Below are positions 26,360-40,454 of a stretch of 64,000 nucleotides of DNA, piece after piece. How positions within the stretch are numbered: position 1 is the stretch's first letter; every line of letters starts with the position of its first letter. Below the pieces are notes generated by a model. The model ran no database searches and was not told where the DNA came from. It saw nothing but the letters and a program-made list of their open reading frames with translations. Both the position numbers and the translations under genes were made by a program. The stretch lies in assembly GCF_009914755.1 (NCBI RefSeq), contig NC_060948.1; one strand, given 5' to 3'. Source of the stretch: the human T2T-CHM13v2.0 reference genome, Homo sapiens.

Positions 26360-29300
26360 GGCCTGGAATAAAGTGGAATGCTACGGTCTCGAATGGAATA
26401 AAAATGTATGGAATGGAATGCAATGAAACGGAATCGAATGTCATAGAATGTAATGGAATGCAAAAAAATGGAATCCAAAATCATTGACTGGAAAGGCTGG
26501 GTGTCGAAAGGAATTGACTCCAATGGAATGGAATCGAATGGAATGGAAGTGAATAGAATCGAACTAAATCGAATGGAATGGAATTGATAGGAACGGAATG
26601 GAAAGGAATGCAATGATTTGGCATGGAATGGAATCGAATGGCATCGAAAGGAATGGAATGGAATGCAATGGAATGGAATGTATTAGAATGTAATGAACTT
26701 TAATGGAATGTACTCGAATGGATTCGACTGGAATGGAATGTTCTCGAAGTGAATGTACTCCAATGGAATGGATTCGAAAGGAATGGAATCTAATGGAATG
26801 GAATTAAATGGAAATGAATCAAATTGAATAGAACGGAATTGAATTGAATGGAATGGAATGCAATGGAATCTAATGAAACGGAAAGGAAAGGAATGGAATG
26901 GAATGGAATGGGCTGGAATGGAATGGAATCGAAACGAATGGAATGGAGTCGAACTGAAGAGACTGGAATGGAATGCACTGGAATGGAAGGGAGTGTAATG
27001 GAAGGTTCTCCAAAAAAATGGAATGGAAAGGAATGGAATTGAATGGAACGGAATAGATTCGAATGGAATTCAATGGAATGGAATGGACTAGAGTGAAATG
27101 GAATCGAACCACAAGGAATGGACAGGAACAGAATGTTCTCGAATTGAATGGAATCGTATGGAATGGCATCAAACGGAATGGAATGGACAGCCACGGAATG
27201 GAATGCACTCGAATGCAATGGAGTCGAAACTAATGGACTGGAATAGAATGGACTCGACTGGTACGGACTCCAATGGAATGGAATCGAATGGAAGGGAATC
27301 GAACGGAATGGACTCAAAGGGAAAAGACTGCAATGGAAAGGTCTGGAATGGAATGGAAATTAATGGAATGGAATGAAATCGAATGAAATGGAGTCAAAAG
27401 GAATGGAATCGAATGGCAAGAAATCGAATGTAATGGAATCGCAAGGAATTGATGTGAACGGAAAGGAATGGAATGGAATCCAAAGGAATGGAATAGAATG
27501 GAATGGAATCGAATGGAAAGGACTCGAATGGAAATCACTCGAATAGAATGCAATTTAATAAAATAGGATCAAATGTAATGGAATGGAATGGAAAGGAATC
27601 GAAACGAAAGGAATGGAGACAGATGGAATGGAATGGAACAGAGAGCAATGGTATAGAATGGAATGGAATCATCTGGAATGGAATTGAATGGAATGGAATA
27701 ATATGAAATGGAATGGAATGGAATGGAATGCCCTTGAATTAAATGGACTGGAATGGAATGGACTCGAACAGAGTGGAATGGAAAGTGTTGAAATAGAATG
27801 GAATGGACTCGTTTGGAATGGTCTAGTATGCAATGCAATCGACTGGCAGGGAATCAAAAGGAATGTAATCGAATGGATTGGACTGGAATGCAATGGACGC
27901 GAATAGATTGGAAACGGAAAGCAAAGGAATGGAATGGATAAGTATGGAACGGAATGGAAAGGAATGGAGTGGAATAGACTAGAGTGGAATGGAATGGACT
28001 GGAAAGCAATGGACTGGAATGGAACTTTCTTGAATGGACTGGAATCAAACGGAATGGAATGCAATGCAATCAAATGGCATGGAATAAAATAGAATGAAAG
28101 AGAATCAAATGGAATTGAATCGAATGGAATCGAATGGATTGGAAAGGAATAGAATGGAATGGAATGGAATTGACTCAAATGGAATGGACTAGAATGGAAT
28201 GCATTCAAATGGAAGGCAAAGGAATGGAATCTATTGGAATGGACTGTAATGGAATGGAATGGAAGGGATTGGAATGGACTCGAATGGAATGGACTGCAAT
28301 AGAAAGGATTCGAATGGAATGAAAAAGAATTGAATGGAATAGAACAGAATGGAATCAAATCGAATGAAATGGAATAGAATAGAAAGGAATGGAATGAAAT
28401 GGAATGGAAAGGATTCGAATGGAATGCAATGGAATGGAATGGAATCGAACGGAATGGAATAAAATGGAAGAAAACTGGCAAGAAATGGAATCGAAATGAA
28501 TGGAGTGTTATGGAACGGACTCAAAAGGAATTGAATGTAATAGAATGGAGTGGAGTGGACTCGAATATAATGGACTGGAATGGAATGAAATCACATGGAA
28601 TGGGAACGAATGGAATGGAATGGAAAGGAATGGAATCGAATGGAAAGGAATCGAATGGAAGGGAATGAAATTGAATCAACAGGACTGGAAGGGAGGAGAA
28701 TAGACGGTAATGGAATGGACTCGAATAGAATGGACACGAATGCTCAAATTGAATGGACTCGAATGGAATGGAAACGAAAGGAATGTCATCGAATGGAATT
28801 GAATCGATTGGATTGAAATCACATAGAATGGAGTGGAATCAAATGGAATTGAATCGAAAGGAAAGGAAGCGAATGGACTGAAATGAAATGGAATGGAATT
28901 GAATGGAAATTAATGCAATGGAATAGAATAGAACGAAATTTCACGGAATGGAATCAAACTGAATGGAATCAAATCAATGGAATATAATCAAATGGAATGG
29001 AAAGGAATTGAATGGAGTAGATTGGATTGGATGGGATTGGAATGAAATGTACTGGAAAGGACTCGAATTTCATGAAACGGAATGGAAAGAATTAGAACGG
29101 AATGGACTCGAATGGAATGGAATGTCATGGAATGGCATCAAATGGAATGGAATCGAATGCGATGGAATGCTATGGAATGGAATGGAATGCATTGGAATGG
29201 AATGCCCTCTAATGGAATGTATTCGAGTGGAATGGAATCGAATATAATGTAGTCTAATGAAATGGAATTGAAAGGAATGGGACCGAATACAATGGAATAT

Positions 29301-29868
29301 ACTGGAATGTAATGTAATGAACTCGAATGTAATTGACTGGAATAGAAAGTACATGAATGGAATGTAATCGAATGGAAAGCAATCCAATGGAATAGAATCT
29401 AATGCAATAAAATCGACTCAAATAGAGTAGAATGTAATGGAATGGAGTGCAGTGCAATGGAATGGAATGGAATGGAATGCAATGGAATGGAATGGAATGG
29501 AATGGGATGGAATGGTATGGAATGGATAGTAATGGACTGGAGTGAAATGGACTGGAAAAGAATGGACTCAAATTGAAAGGGCTCGAAAGGAATGGAGTCA
29601 AATGGAATGGTCTGGAATGGAATGAACACGAATGTAATACAATCCAATAGAATGGAATCGAATGGCATGATATATAAGGAAATGGAATCGAAGAGAATGG
29701 AAACAAATGGAATGGAATTGAAGGGAATGGAATTGAATGGAATGGGAACGAATGGAGTGAAATTGTATGCAGTAGAAGAGAATAGAATGGAATGCAAGCG
29801 AAAGGAAAGGAATGGATTGGAATGGAATGGAATTCATTGGAATGGAAGGGAATGTAGTGTAATGGACA
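26360..29868 (+). repeat. DYZ1 unit U8 (3509 bp; paralog of U1)
   Basis: GGCC landmarks at 26360 and 29869; same length as U1 and same private variants from ~26649 onward. Confidence 0.93.
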
Positions 29869-32800
29869 GGCCTGGAATAAAGTGGAATGCTACGGTCTCG
29901 AATGGAATAAAAATGTATGGAATGGAATGCAATGAAACGGAATCGAATGTCATAGAATGTAATGGAATGCAAAAAAATGGACTCCAAAATCATTGACTAG
30001 AAAGGCTGGGTGTCGAAAGGAATTGACTCCAATGGAATGGAATCGAATGGAATGGAAGTGAATAGAATCGAACTAAATCGAATGGAATGGAATTGATAGG
30101 AACGGAATGGAAAGGAATGCAATGATTTGGCATGGAATGGAATCGAATGGCATCGAATGGAATGGAATAGAATGCAATGGAATGGAATGTATTAGAATGT
30201 AATGAACTTTAATGGAATGTACTCGAATGGATTCGACTGGAATGGAATGTTCTTGAAGTGAATGGACTCCAATGGAATGGATTCGAAAGGAATGGAATCT
30301 AATGGAATGGAATTAAATGGAAATGAATCAAATTGAATAGAACGGAATTGAATTGAATGGAATCGAATGCAATGGAATCTAATGAAACGGAAAGGAAAGG
30401 AATGGAATGGATTGGAATGGAATGGGCTGGAATGGAATGGAATCGAAACGAATGGAATGGAATCGAACTGAAGAGACTGGAATGGAATGCACTGGAATGG
30501 AAGGGAATGTAATGGAAGGTTCTCGAAAAAAATAGAATCGAATGGAATGGAATTGAATGGAACGGAATAGAGTCGAATGGAATTGAATGGAATGGAATGG
30601 ACTAGAGTGAAATGGAATCGAACCACAAGGAATGGACAGGAATAGAATGGTCTCGAATTGAATGGAATCGTATGGAATGGCATCAAACGGAATGGAATGG
30701 ACAGCCACGGAATGGAATGCACTCGAATGCAATGGAGTCGAAACTAATGGACTGGAATAGAATGGACTCGACTGGTACGGACTCCAATGGAATGGAATCG
30801 AATGGAAGGGAATCGAACGGAATGGACTCAAAGGGAAAAGACTGCAATGGAAAGGTCTGGAATGGAATGGAAATTAATGGAATGGAATGAAATCGAATGA
30901 AATGGAGTCAAAAGGAATGGAATCGAATGGCAAGAAATCGAATGTAATGGAATCGCAAGGAATTGATGTGAACGGAAAGGAATGGAATGGAATCCAAAGG
31001 AATGGAATAGAATGGAATGGAATCGAATGGAAAGGACTCGAATGGAAATCACTCGAATAGAATGCAATTTAATAAAATAGGATCAAATGTAATGGAATGG
31101 AATGGAAAGGAATCGAAACGAAAGGAATGGAGACAGATGGAATGGAATGGAACAGAGAGCAATGGTATAGAATGGAATGGAATCATCTGGAATGGAATTG
31201 AATGGAATGGAATAATATGAAATGGAATGGAATGGAATGGAATGCCCTTGAATTAAATGGACTGGAATGGAATGGACTCGAACAGAGTGGAATGGAAAGT
31301 GTTGAAATAGAATGGAATGGACTCGTTTGGAATGGTCTAGTATGCAATGCAATCGACTGGCAGGGAATCAAAAGGAATGTAATCGAATGGATTGGACTGG
31401 AATGCAATGGACGCGAATAGATTGGAAACGGAAAGCAAAGGAATGGAATGGATAAGTATGGAACGGAATGGAAAGGAATGGAGTGGAATAGACTAGAGTG
31501 GAATGGAATGGACTCGAAAGCAATGGACTGGAATGGAACTTTCTTGAATGGACTGGAATCAAACGGAATGGAATGCAATGCAATCAAATGGCATGGAATA
31601 AAATAGAATGAAAGAGAATCAAATGGAATTGAATCGAATGGAATCGAATGGATTGGAAAGGAATAGAATGGAATGGAATGGAATTGACTCAAATGGAATG
31701 GACTAGAATGGAATGCATTCAAATGGAAGGCAAAGGAATGGAATCTATTGGAATGGACTGTAATGGAATGGAATGGAAGGGATTGGAATGGACTCGAATG
31801 GAATGGACTGCAATAGAAAGGATTCGAATGGAATGAAAAAGAATTGAATGGAATAGAACAGAATGGAATCAAATCGAATGAAATGGAATAGAATAGAAAG
31901 GAATGGAATGAAATGGAATGGAAAGGATTCGAATGGAATGCAATCGAATGGAATGGAATCGAACGGAATGGAATAAAATGGAAGAAAACTGGCAAGAAAT
32001 GGAATCGAAATGAATGGAGTGTTATGGAACGGACTCAAAAGGAATTGAATGTAATAGAATGGAGTGGAGTGGACTCGAATATAATGGACTGGAATGGAAT
32101 GAAATCACATGGAATGGGAACGAATGGAATGGAATGGAAAGGAATGGAATCGAATGGAAAGGAATCGAATGGAAGGGAATGAAATTGAATCAACAGGACT
32201 GGAAGGGAGGAGAATAGACGGTAATGGAATGGACTCGAATAGAATGGACACGAATGCTCAAATTGAATGGACTCGAATGGAATGGAAACGAAAGGAATGT
32301 CATCGAATGGAATTGAATCGATTGGATTGAAATCACATAGAATGGAGTGGAATCAAATGGAATTGAATCGAAAGGAAAGGAAGCGAATGGACTGAAATGA
32401 AATGGAATGGAATTGAATGGAAATTAATGCAATGGAATAGAATAGAACGAAATTTCACGGAATGGAATCAAACTGAATGGAATCAAATCAATGGAATATA
32501 ATCAAATGGAATGGAAAGGAATTGAATGGAGTAGATTGGATTGGATGGGATTGGAATGAAATGTACTGGAAAGGACTCGAATTTCATGAAACGGAATGGA
32601 AAGAATTAGAACGGAATGGACTCGAATGGAATGGAATGTCATGGAATGGCATCAAATGGAATGGAATCGAATGCGATGGAATGCTATGGAATGGAATGGA
32701 ATGCATTGGAATGGAATGCCATCTAATGGAATGTATTCGAGTGGAATGGAATCGAATACAATGTAGTCTAATGAAATGGAATTGAAAGGAATGGGACCGA

Positions 32801-33381
32801 ATACAATGGAATATACTGGAATGTAATGTAATGAACTCGAATGTAATTGACTGGAATAGAAAGTACATGAATGGAATGTAATCGAATGGAAAGCAATCCA
32901 ATGGAATAGAATCTAATGCAATAAAATCGACTCAAATAGAGTAGAATGTAAGGAATGGAGTGCAGTGCAATGGAATGGAATGGAATGGAATGCAATGGAA
33001 TGGAATGGAATGGAATGGGATGGAATGGTATGGAATGGATAGTAATGGACTGGAGTGAAATGGACTGGAAAAGAATGGACTCAAATTGAAAGGGCTCGAA
33101 AGGAATGGAGTCAAATGGAATGGTCTGGAATGGAATGAACACGAATGTAATACAATCCAATAGAATGGAATCGAATGGCATGATATATAAGGAAATGGAA
33201 TCGAAGAGAATGGAAACAAATGGAATGGAATTGAAGGGAATGGAATTGAATGGAATGGGAACGAATGGAGTGAAATTATATGCAGTAGAAGAGAATAGAA
33301 TGGAATGCAAGCGAAAGGAAAGGAATGGATTGGAATGGAATGGAATTCATTGGAATGGAAGGGAATGTAGTGTAATGGACA
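29869..33381 (+). repeat. DYZ1 unit U9 (3513 bp; paralog of U2)
   Basis: GGCC landmarks at 29869 and 33382; same 1-bp deletion as U2 (~32951). Confidence 0.93.
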
Positions 33382-36300
33382 GGCCTGGAATAAAGTGGAA
33401 TGCTACGGTCTCGAATGGAATAAAAATGTATGGAATGGAATGCAATGAAACGGAATCGAATGTCATAGAATGTAATGGAATGCAAAAAAATGGACTCCAA
33501 AATCATTGACTGGAAAGGCTGGGTGTCGAAAGGAATTGACTCCAATGGAATGGAATCGAATGGAATGGAAGTGAATAGAATCGAACTAAATCGAATGGAA
33601 TGGAATTGATAGGAACGGAATGGAAAGGAATGCAATGATTTGGCATGGAATGCAATCGAATGGCATCGAATGGAATGGAATGGAATGCAATGGAATGGAA
33701 TGTATTAGAATGTAATGAACTTTAATGGAATGTACTCGAATGTATTCGACTGGAATGGAATGTTCTTGAAGTGAATGGACTCCAATGGAATGGATTCGAA
33801 AGGAATGGAATCTAATGGAATGGAATTAAATGGAAATGAATCAAATTGAATAGAACGGAATTGAATTGAATGGAATCGAATGCAATGGAATCTAATGAAA
33901 CGGAAAAGAAAGGAATGGAATGGATTGGAATGGAATGGGCTGGAATGGAATGGAATCGAAACGAATGGAATGGAATCGAACTGAAGAGACTGGAATGGAA
34001 TGCACTGGAATGGAAGGGAATGTAATGGAAGGTTCTCGAAAAAAATAGAATCGAAAGGAATGGAATTGAATGGAACGGAATAGAGTCGAATGGAATTGAA
34101 TGGAATGGAATGGACTAGAGTGAAATGGAATCGAACCACAAGGAATGGACAGGAATAGAATGGTCTCGAATTGAATGGAATCGTATGGAATGGCATCAAA
34201 CGGAATGGAATGGACAGCCACGGAATGGAATGCACTCGAATGCAATGGAGTCGAAACTAATGGACTGGAATAGAATGGACTCGACTGGTACGGACTCCAA
34301 TGGAATGGAATCGAATGGAAGGGAATCGAACGGAATGGACTCAAAGGGAAAAGACTGCAATGGAAAGGTCTGGAATGGAATGGAAATTAATGGAATGGAA
34401 TGAAATCGAATGAAATGGAGTCAAAAGGAATGGAATCGAATGGCAAGAAATCGAATGTAATGGAATCGCAAGGAATTGATGTGAACGGAAAGGAATGGAA
34501 TGGAATCCAAAGGAATGGAATAGAATGGAATCGAATCGAATGGAAAGGACTCGAATGGAAATCACTCGAATAGAATGCAATTTAATAAAATAGGATCAAA
34601 TGTAATGGAATGGAATGGAAAGGAATCGAAACGAAAGGAATGGAGACAGATGGAATGGAATGGAACAGAGAGCAATGGTATAGAATGGCATGGAATCATC
34701 TGGAATGGAATTGAATGTAATAGAATAATATGAAATGGAATGGAATGGAATGGAATGCCCTTGAATTAAATGGACTGGAATGGAATGGACTCGAACAGAG
34801 TGGAATGGAAAGTGTTGAAATAGAATGGAATGGACTCGTTTGGAATGGTCTAGTATGCAATGCAATCGACTGGCAGGGAATCAAAAGGAATGTAATCGAA
34901 TGGATTGGACTGGAATGCAATGGACTCGAATAGATTGGAAACGGAAAGCAAAGGAATGGAATGGAATAGTATGGAATGGAATGCAAAGGAATGGAGTGGA
35001 ATAGACTAGAGTGGAATGGAATGGACTCGAAAGCAATGGACTGGAATGGAACTTTCTTGAATGGACTGGAATCAAACGGAATGGAATGCAATGCAATCAA
35101 ATGGCATGGAATAAAATAGAATGAAAGAGAATCAAATGGAATTGAATCGAATGGAATCGAATGGATTGGAAAGGAATAGAATGGAATGGAATGGAATTGA
35201 CTCAAATGGAATGGACTAGAATGGAATGGATTCGAATGGAAGGCAAAGGAATGGAATCTATTGGAATGGACTGTAATGGAATGGAATGGAAGGGATTGGA
35301 ATGGACTCGAATGGAATGGACTGCAATAGAAAGGATTCGAATTGAATGAAAAAGAATTGAATGGAATAGAACAGAATGGAATCAAATCGAATGAAATGGA
35401 ATGGAATAGAAAGGAATGGAATGAAATGGAATGGAAAGGATTCGAATGGAATGCAATCGAATGGAATGGAATCGAACGGAATGGAATAAAATGGAAGAAA
35501 ACTGGCAAGAAATGGAATCGAAATGAATGGAGTGTTATGGAACGGACTCAAAAGGAATTGAATGTAATAGAATGGAGTGGAGTGGACTCGAATATAATGG
35601 ACTGGAATGGAATGAAATCACATGGAATGGGAACGAATGGAATGGAATGGAAAGGAATGGAATCGAATGGAAAGGAATCGAATGGAAGGGAATGCAATTG
35701 AATCAACAGGAATGGAAGGGAATAGAATAGACGGTAATGGAATGGACTCGAATAGAATGGACACGAATGCTCAAATTGAATGGACTCGAATGGAATGGAA
35801 ACGAAAGGAATGTCATCGAATGGAATTGAATCGATTGGAATGAAATCGCATAGAATGGAGTGGAATCAAATGGAATTGAATCGAAAGGAAAGGAAGCGAA
35901 TGGACTGAAATGGAATGGAATGGAATTGAATGGAAAGTAATGCAATGGAATAGAATGGAACGAAATTTCACGGAATGGAATGAAACTGAATGGAATCAAA
36001 TCAATGGAATCTAATCAAGTGGAATGGAAAGGAATTGAATGGAGTAGATTGGATTGGATGGGATTGGAATGAAATGTACTGGAAAGGACTCGAATTTCAT
36101 GAAACGGAATGGAATGAATTGGAACGGAATGGACTCGAATGGAATGGAATGTCATGGAATGGCATCAAATGGAATGGCATCAAATGGAATGGAATCGAAT
36201 GCAATGGAATGCTATGGAATGGAATGGAATGCATTGGAATGGAATGTCCTCTAATGGAATGGATTCGAGTGGAATGGAATCGAATATAATGGAGTCGAAT

Positions 36301-36915
36301 GAAATGGAATTGAAAGGAATGGGATCGAATACAATGGAATATACTGGAATGTAACGTAATGAACTCGAATGTAATTGACTGGAATGGAATGTACATGAAT
36401 GGAATGTAATAGAATGGAAAGTAATCCAATGGAATAGAATCTAATGCAATAAAATCGACTCAGATAGAGTAGAATGTAATGGAATGGAGTGCAGTGCAAT
36501 GGAATGGAATGCAATGGAATGGAATGGAATGGAGTGGAATGGAATGGAATGGGATGGAATGGTGTGGAATGGATAGCAATGGACTGGAGTGAAATGGACT
36601 GGAAAGGAATGGACTCAAATTGAAAGGGCTCGAAAGGAATGGAGTCAAATGGAATGGTCTGGAATGGAATGAACACGAATGTAATGCAATCCAATAGAAT
36701 GGAATCGAATGGCATGGAATATAAAGAAATGGAATCGAAGAGAATGGAAACAAATGGAATGGAATTGAATGGAATGGAATTGAATGGAATGGGAAGGAAT
36801 GGAGTGAAATTGTATGCAGTAGAAGAGAATAGAATGGAATGCAAGCGAAAGGAAAGGAATGGATTGGAATGGAATGGAATTCATTGGAATGGAAGGGAAT
36901 GTAGTGTAATGGACA
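33382..36915 (+). repeat. DYZ1 unit U10 (3534 bp; paralog of U3)
   Basis: GGCC landmarks at 33382 and 36916. Confidence 0.93.
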
Positions 36916-39900
36916 GGCCTGGAATAAAGTGGAATGCTACGGTCTCGAATGGAATAAAAGTATATGGAATGCAATGCAATGAAACGGAATCGAATGTCAT
37001 AGAATGTAATGGAATGCAAAAAAATGGAATCCAAAATCATTGACTGGAAAGGCTGGGTGTCGAAAGGAATTGACTCCAATGGAATGGAATCGAATGGAAT
37101 GGAAGTGAATAGAATCGAACTAAATCGAATGGAATGGAATTGATAGGAACGGAATGGAAAGGAATGCAATGATTTGGCATGGAATGGAATCGAATGGCAT
37201 CGAATGGAATGGAATAGAATGCAATGGAATGGAATGTATTAGAATGTAATGAACTTTAATGGAATGTACTCGAATGGATTCGACTGGAATGGAATGTTCT
37301 GGAAGTGAATGGACTCCAATGGAATGGATTCAAAAGGAATGGAATCGTACGGAATGGAATCTAATGGAATGGAATTAAATGGAAATGAATCAAAGTCAAT
37401 AGAACGGAATTGAATTGAATGGAATCGAATGCAATGGAATCTAATGAAACGGAAAGGAAAGGAATGGAATGGAATGGAATGGGCTGGAATGGAAAGGAAT
37501 CGAAACGAATGGAATGGAACCGAACTGAAGAGACTGGAATGGAATGCACTGGAATGGAAGGGAGTGTAATGGAAGGTTCTCGAAAAAAATGGAATCGAAT
37601 GGAATGGAATTGAATGGAACGGAATAGAGTCGAATGGATTTGAATGGAATGGAATGGACTAGAGTGAAATGGAATCGAATCACAAGGAATGGACAGGAAT
37701 AGAATGGTCTCGAATTGAATGGAATCGTATGGAATGGCATCAAACGGAATGGAATGGACAGCCACGGAATGGAATGCACTCGAATGCAATGGAGTCAAAA
37801 CTAATGGACTAGAATAAAATGGACTCGACTGGTACGGACTCCAATGGAATGGAATCGAATGGAAGGGAATCGAACGGAATGGACTCGAAGGGAAAAGACT
37901 GCAATGGAAAGGTCTCGAATGGAATGGAAATTAATGGAATGGAATGGAATCGAATGAAATGGAGTCAAAAGGAATGGAATCGAATGGCAAGAAATCGAAT
38001 GTAATGGAATCGCAAGGAATTGATGTGAACGGAACGGAATGGAATGGAATCCAAAGGAATGGAATAGAATGGAATGGAATCGAATGGAAAGGACTCAAAT
38101 GGAAATCACTCGAATAGAATGCAATTTAATAAAATAGGATCAAATGTAATGGAATGGAATGGAAAGGAATCGAAACGAAAGGAATGGAGACAGATGGAAT
38201 GGAATGGAACAGAGAGCAATGGTATAGAATGGAATGGAATCATCTAGAATGGAATTGAATGGAATGGAATAATATGAAATGGAATGGAATGGAATGGAAT
38301 GCCCTTGAATTAAATGGACTGGAATGGAATGGACTCGAAGAGAGTGGAATGGAAAGTGTTGAGATAGAATGGAATGGACTCCTTTGGAATGGTGTAGTAT
38401 GCAATGCAATCGACTGGCAGGGAATCAAAAGGAATGTAATCGAATGGATTGGACTGGAATGCGATGGACTCGAATAGTTTGGAAACGGAATGCAAAGGAA
38501 TGGAATGGAATAGTATGGAATGGAATGGAAAGGAATGGAGTGGAATAGACTAGAGTGGAATGGAATGGACTGGAAAGCAATGGACTGGAATGGAACTTTC
38601 TTGAATGGACTGGAATCAAACGGAATGGAATGCAATGCAATCAAATGGCATGGAATAAAATAGAATGAAAGAGAATCAAATGGAATTGAATCGAATGGAA
38701 TCGAATGGATTGGAAAGGAATAGAATGGAATGGAATGGAATTGACTCAAATGGAATGGACTAGAATGGAATGGATTCGAATGGAAGGCAAAGGAATGGAA
38801 TCTATTGGAATGGACTGTAATGGAATGGAATGGAAGGGATTGGAATGGACTCGAATGGAATGGACTGCAATAGAAAGGATTCGAATGGAATGAAAAAGAA
38901 TTGAATGGAATAGAACAGAATGGAATCAAATCGAATGAAATGGAATGGAATAGAAAGGAATGGAATGAAATGGAATGGAAAGGATTCGAATGGAATGCAA
39001 TCGAATGGAATGGAATCGAACGGAATGGAATAAAATGGAAGCAAACTGGCAAGAAATGGAATCGAAATGAATGGAGTGTTATGGAACGGACTCAAAAGGA
39101 ATTGAATGTAATAGAATGGAGTGGAGTGGACTCGAATATAATGGACTGGAATGGAATGAAATCACATGGAATGGGAACGAATGGAATGGAATGGAAAGGA
39201 ATGGAATCGAATGGAAAGGAATCGAATGGAAGGGAATGCAATTGAATCAACAGGAATGGAAGGGAATAGAATAGACGGTAATGGAATGGACTCGAATAGA
39301 ATGGACACGAATGCTCAAATTGAATGGACTCGAATGGAATGGAAACGAAAGGAATGTCATCGAATGGAATTGAATCGATTGGAATGAAATCGCATAGAAT
39401 GGAGTGGAATCAAATGGAATTGAATCGAAAGGAAAGGAAGCCAATGGACTGAAATGAAATGGAATGGAATTGAATGGAAAGTAATGCAATGGAATAGAAT
39501 GGAACGAAATTTCACGGAATGGAATGAAACGGAATGGAATCAAATCAATGGAATCTAATCAAGTGGAATGGAAAGGAATTGAATGGATTAGATTGGATTG
39601 GATGGGATTGGAATGAAATGTACTGGAAAGGACTCGAATTTCATGAAACGGAATGGAATGAATTGGAACGGATTGGACTCGAATGGAATGGAATGTCATG
39701 GAATGGCATCAAATGGAATGGCATCAAATGGAATGGAATCGAATGCAATGGAATGCTATGGAATGGAATGGAATGCATTGGAATGGAATGTCCTCTAATG
39801 GAATGGATTCGAGTGGAATGGAATCGAATATAATGGAGTCGAATGAAATGGAATTGAAAGGAATGGGATCGAATACAATGGAATATACTGGAATGTAATG

Positions 39901-40454
39901 TAATGAACTCGAATGTAATTGACTGGAATGGAATGTACATGAATGGAATGTAATCGAATGGAAAGTAATCCAATGGAATAGAATCTAATGCAATAAAATC
40001 GACTCAGATAGAGTAGAATGTAATGGAATTGAGTGCAGTGCAATGGAATGGAATGGAATGGAATGCAATGGAATGGAATGGAATGGAATGGGATGGAATG
40101 GTATGGAATGGATAGTAATGGACTGGAGTGAAATGGACTGGAAAGGAATGGACTCAAATTGAAAGGGCTCGAAAGGAATGTAGTCAAATGGAATGGTCTG
40201 GAATGGAATGAACACGAATGTAATGCAATCCAATAGAATGGAATCGAATGGCATGGAATATAAAGAAATGGAATCGAAGAGAATGGAAACAAATGGAATG
40301 GAATTGAATGGAATGGAATTGAATGGAATGGGAACGAATGGAGTGAAATTGTATGCAGTAGAAGAGAATAGAATGGAATGCAAGCGAAAGGAAAGGAATG
40401 GATTGGAATGGAATGGAATTCATTGGAATGGAAGGGAATGTAGTGTAATGGACA
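36916..40454 (+). repeat. DYZ1 unit U11 (3539 bp; paralog of U4 minus one pentamer)
   Basis: GGCC landmarks at 36916 and 40455. Confidence 0.93.
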
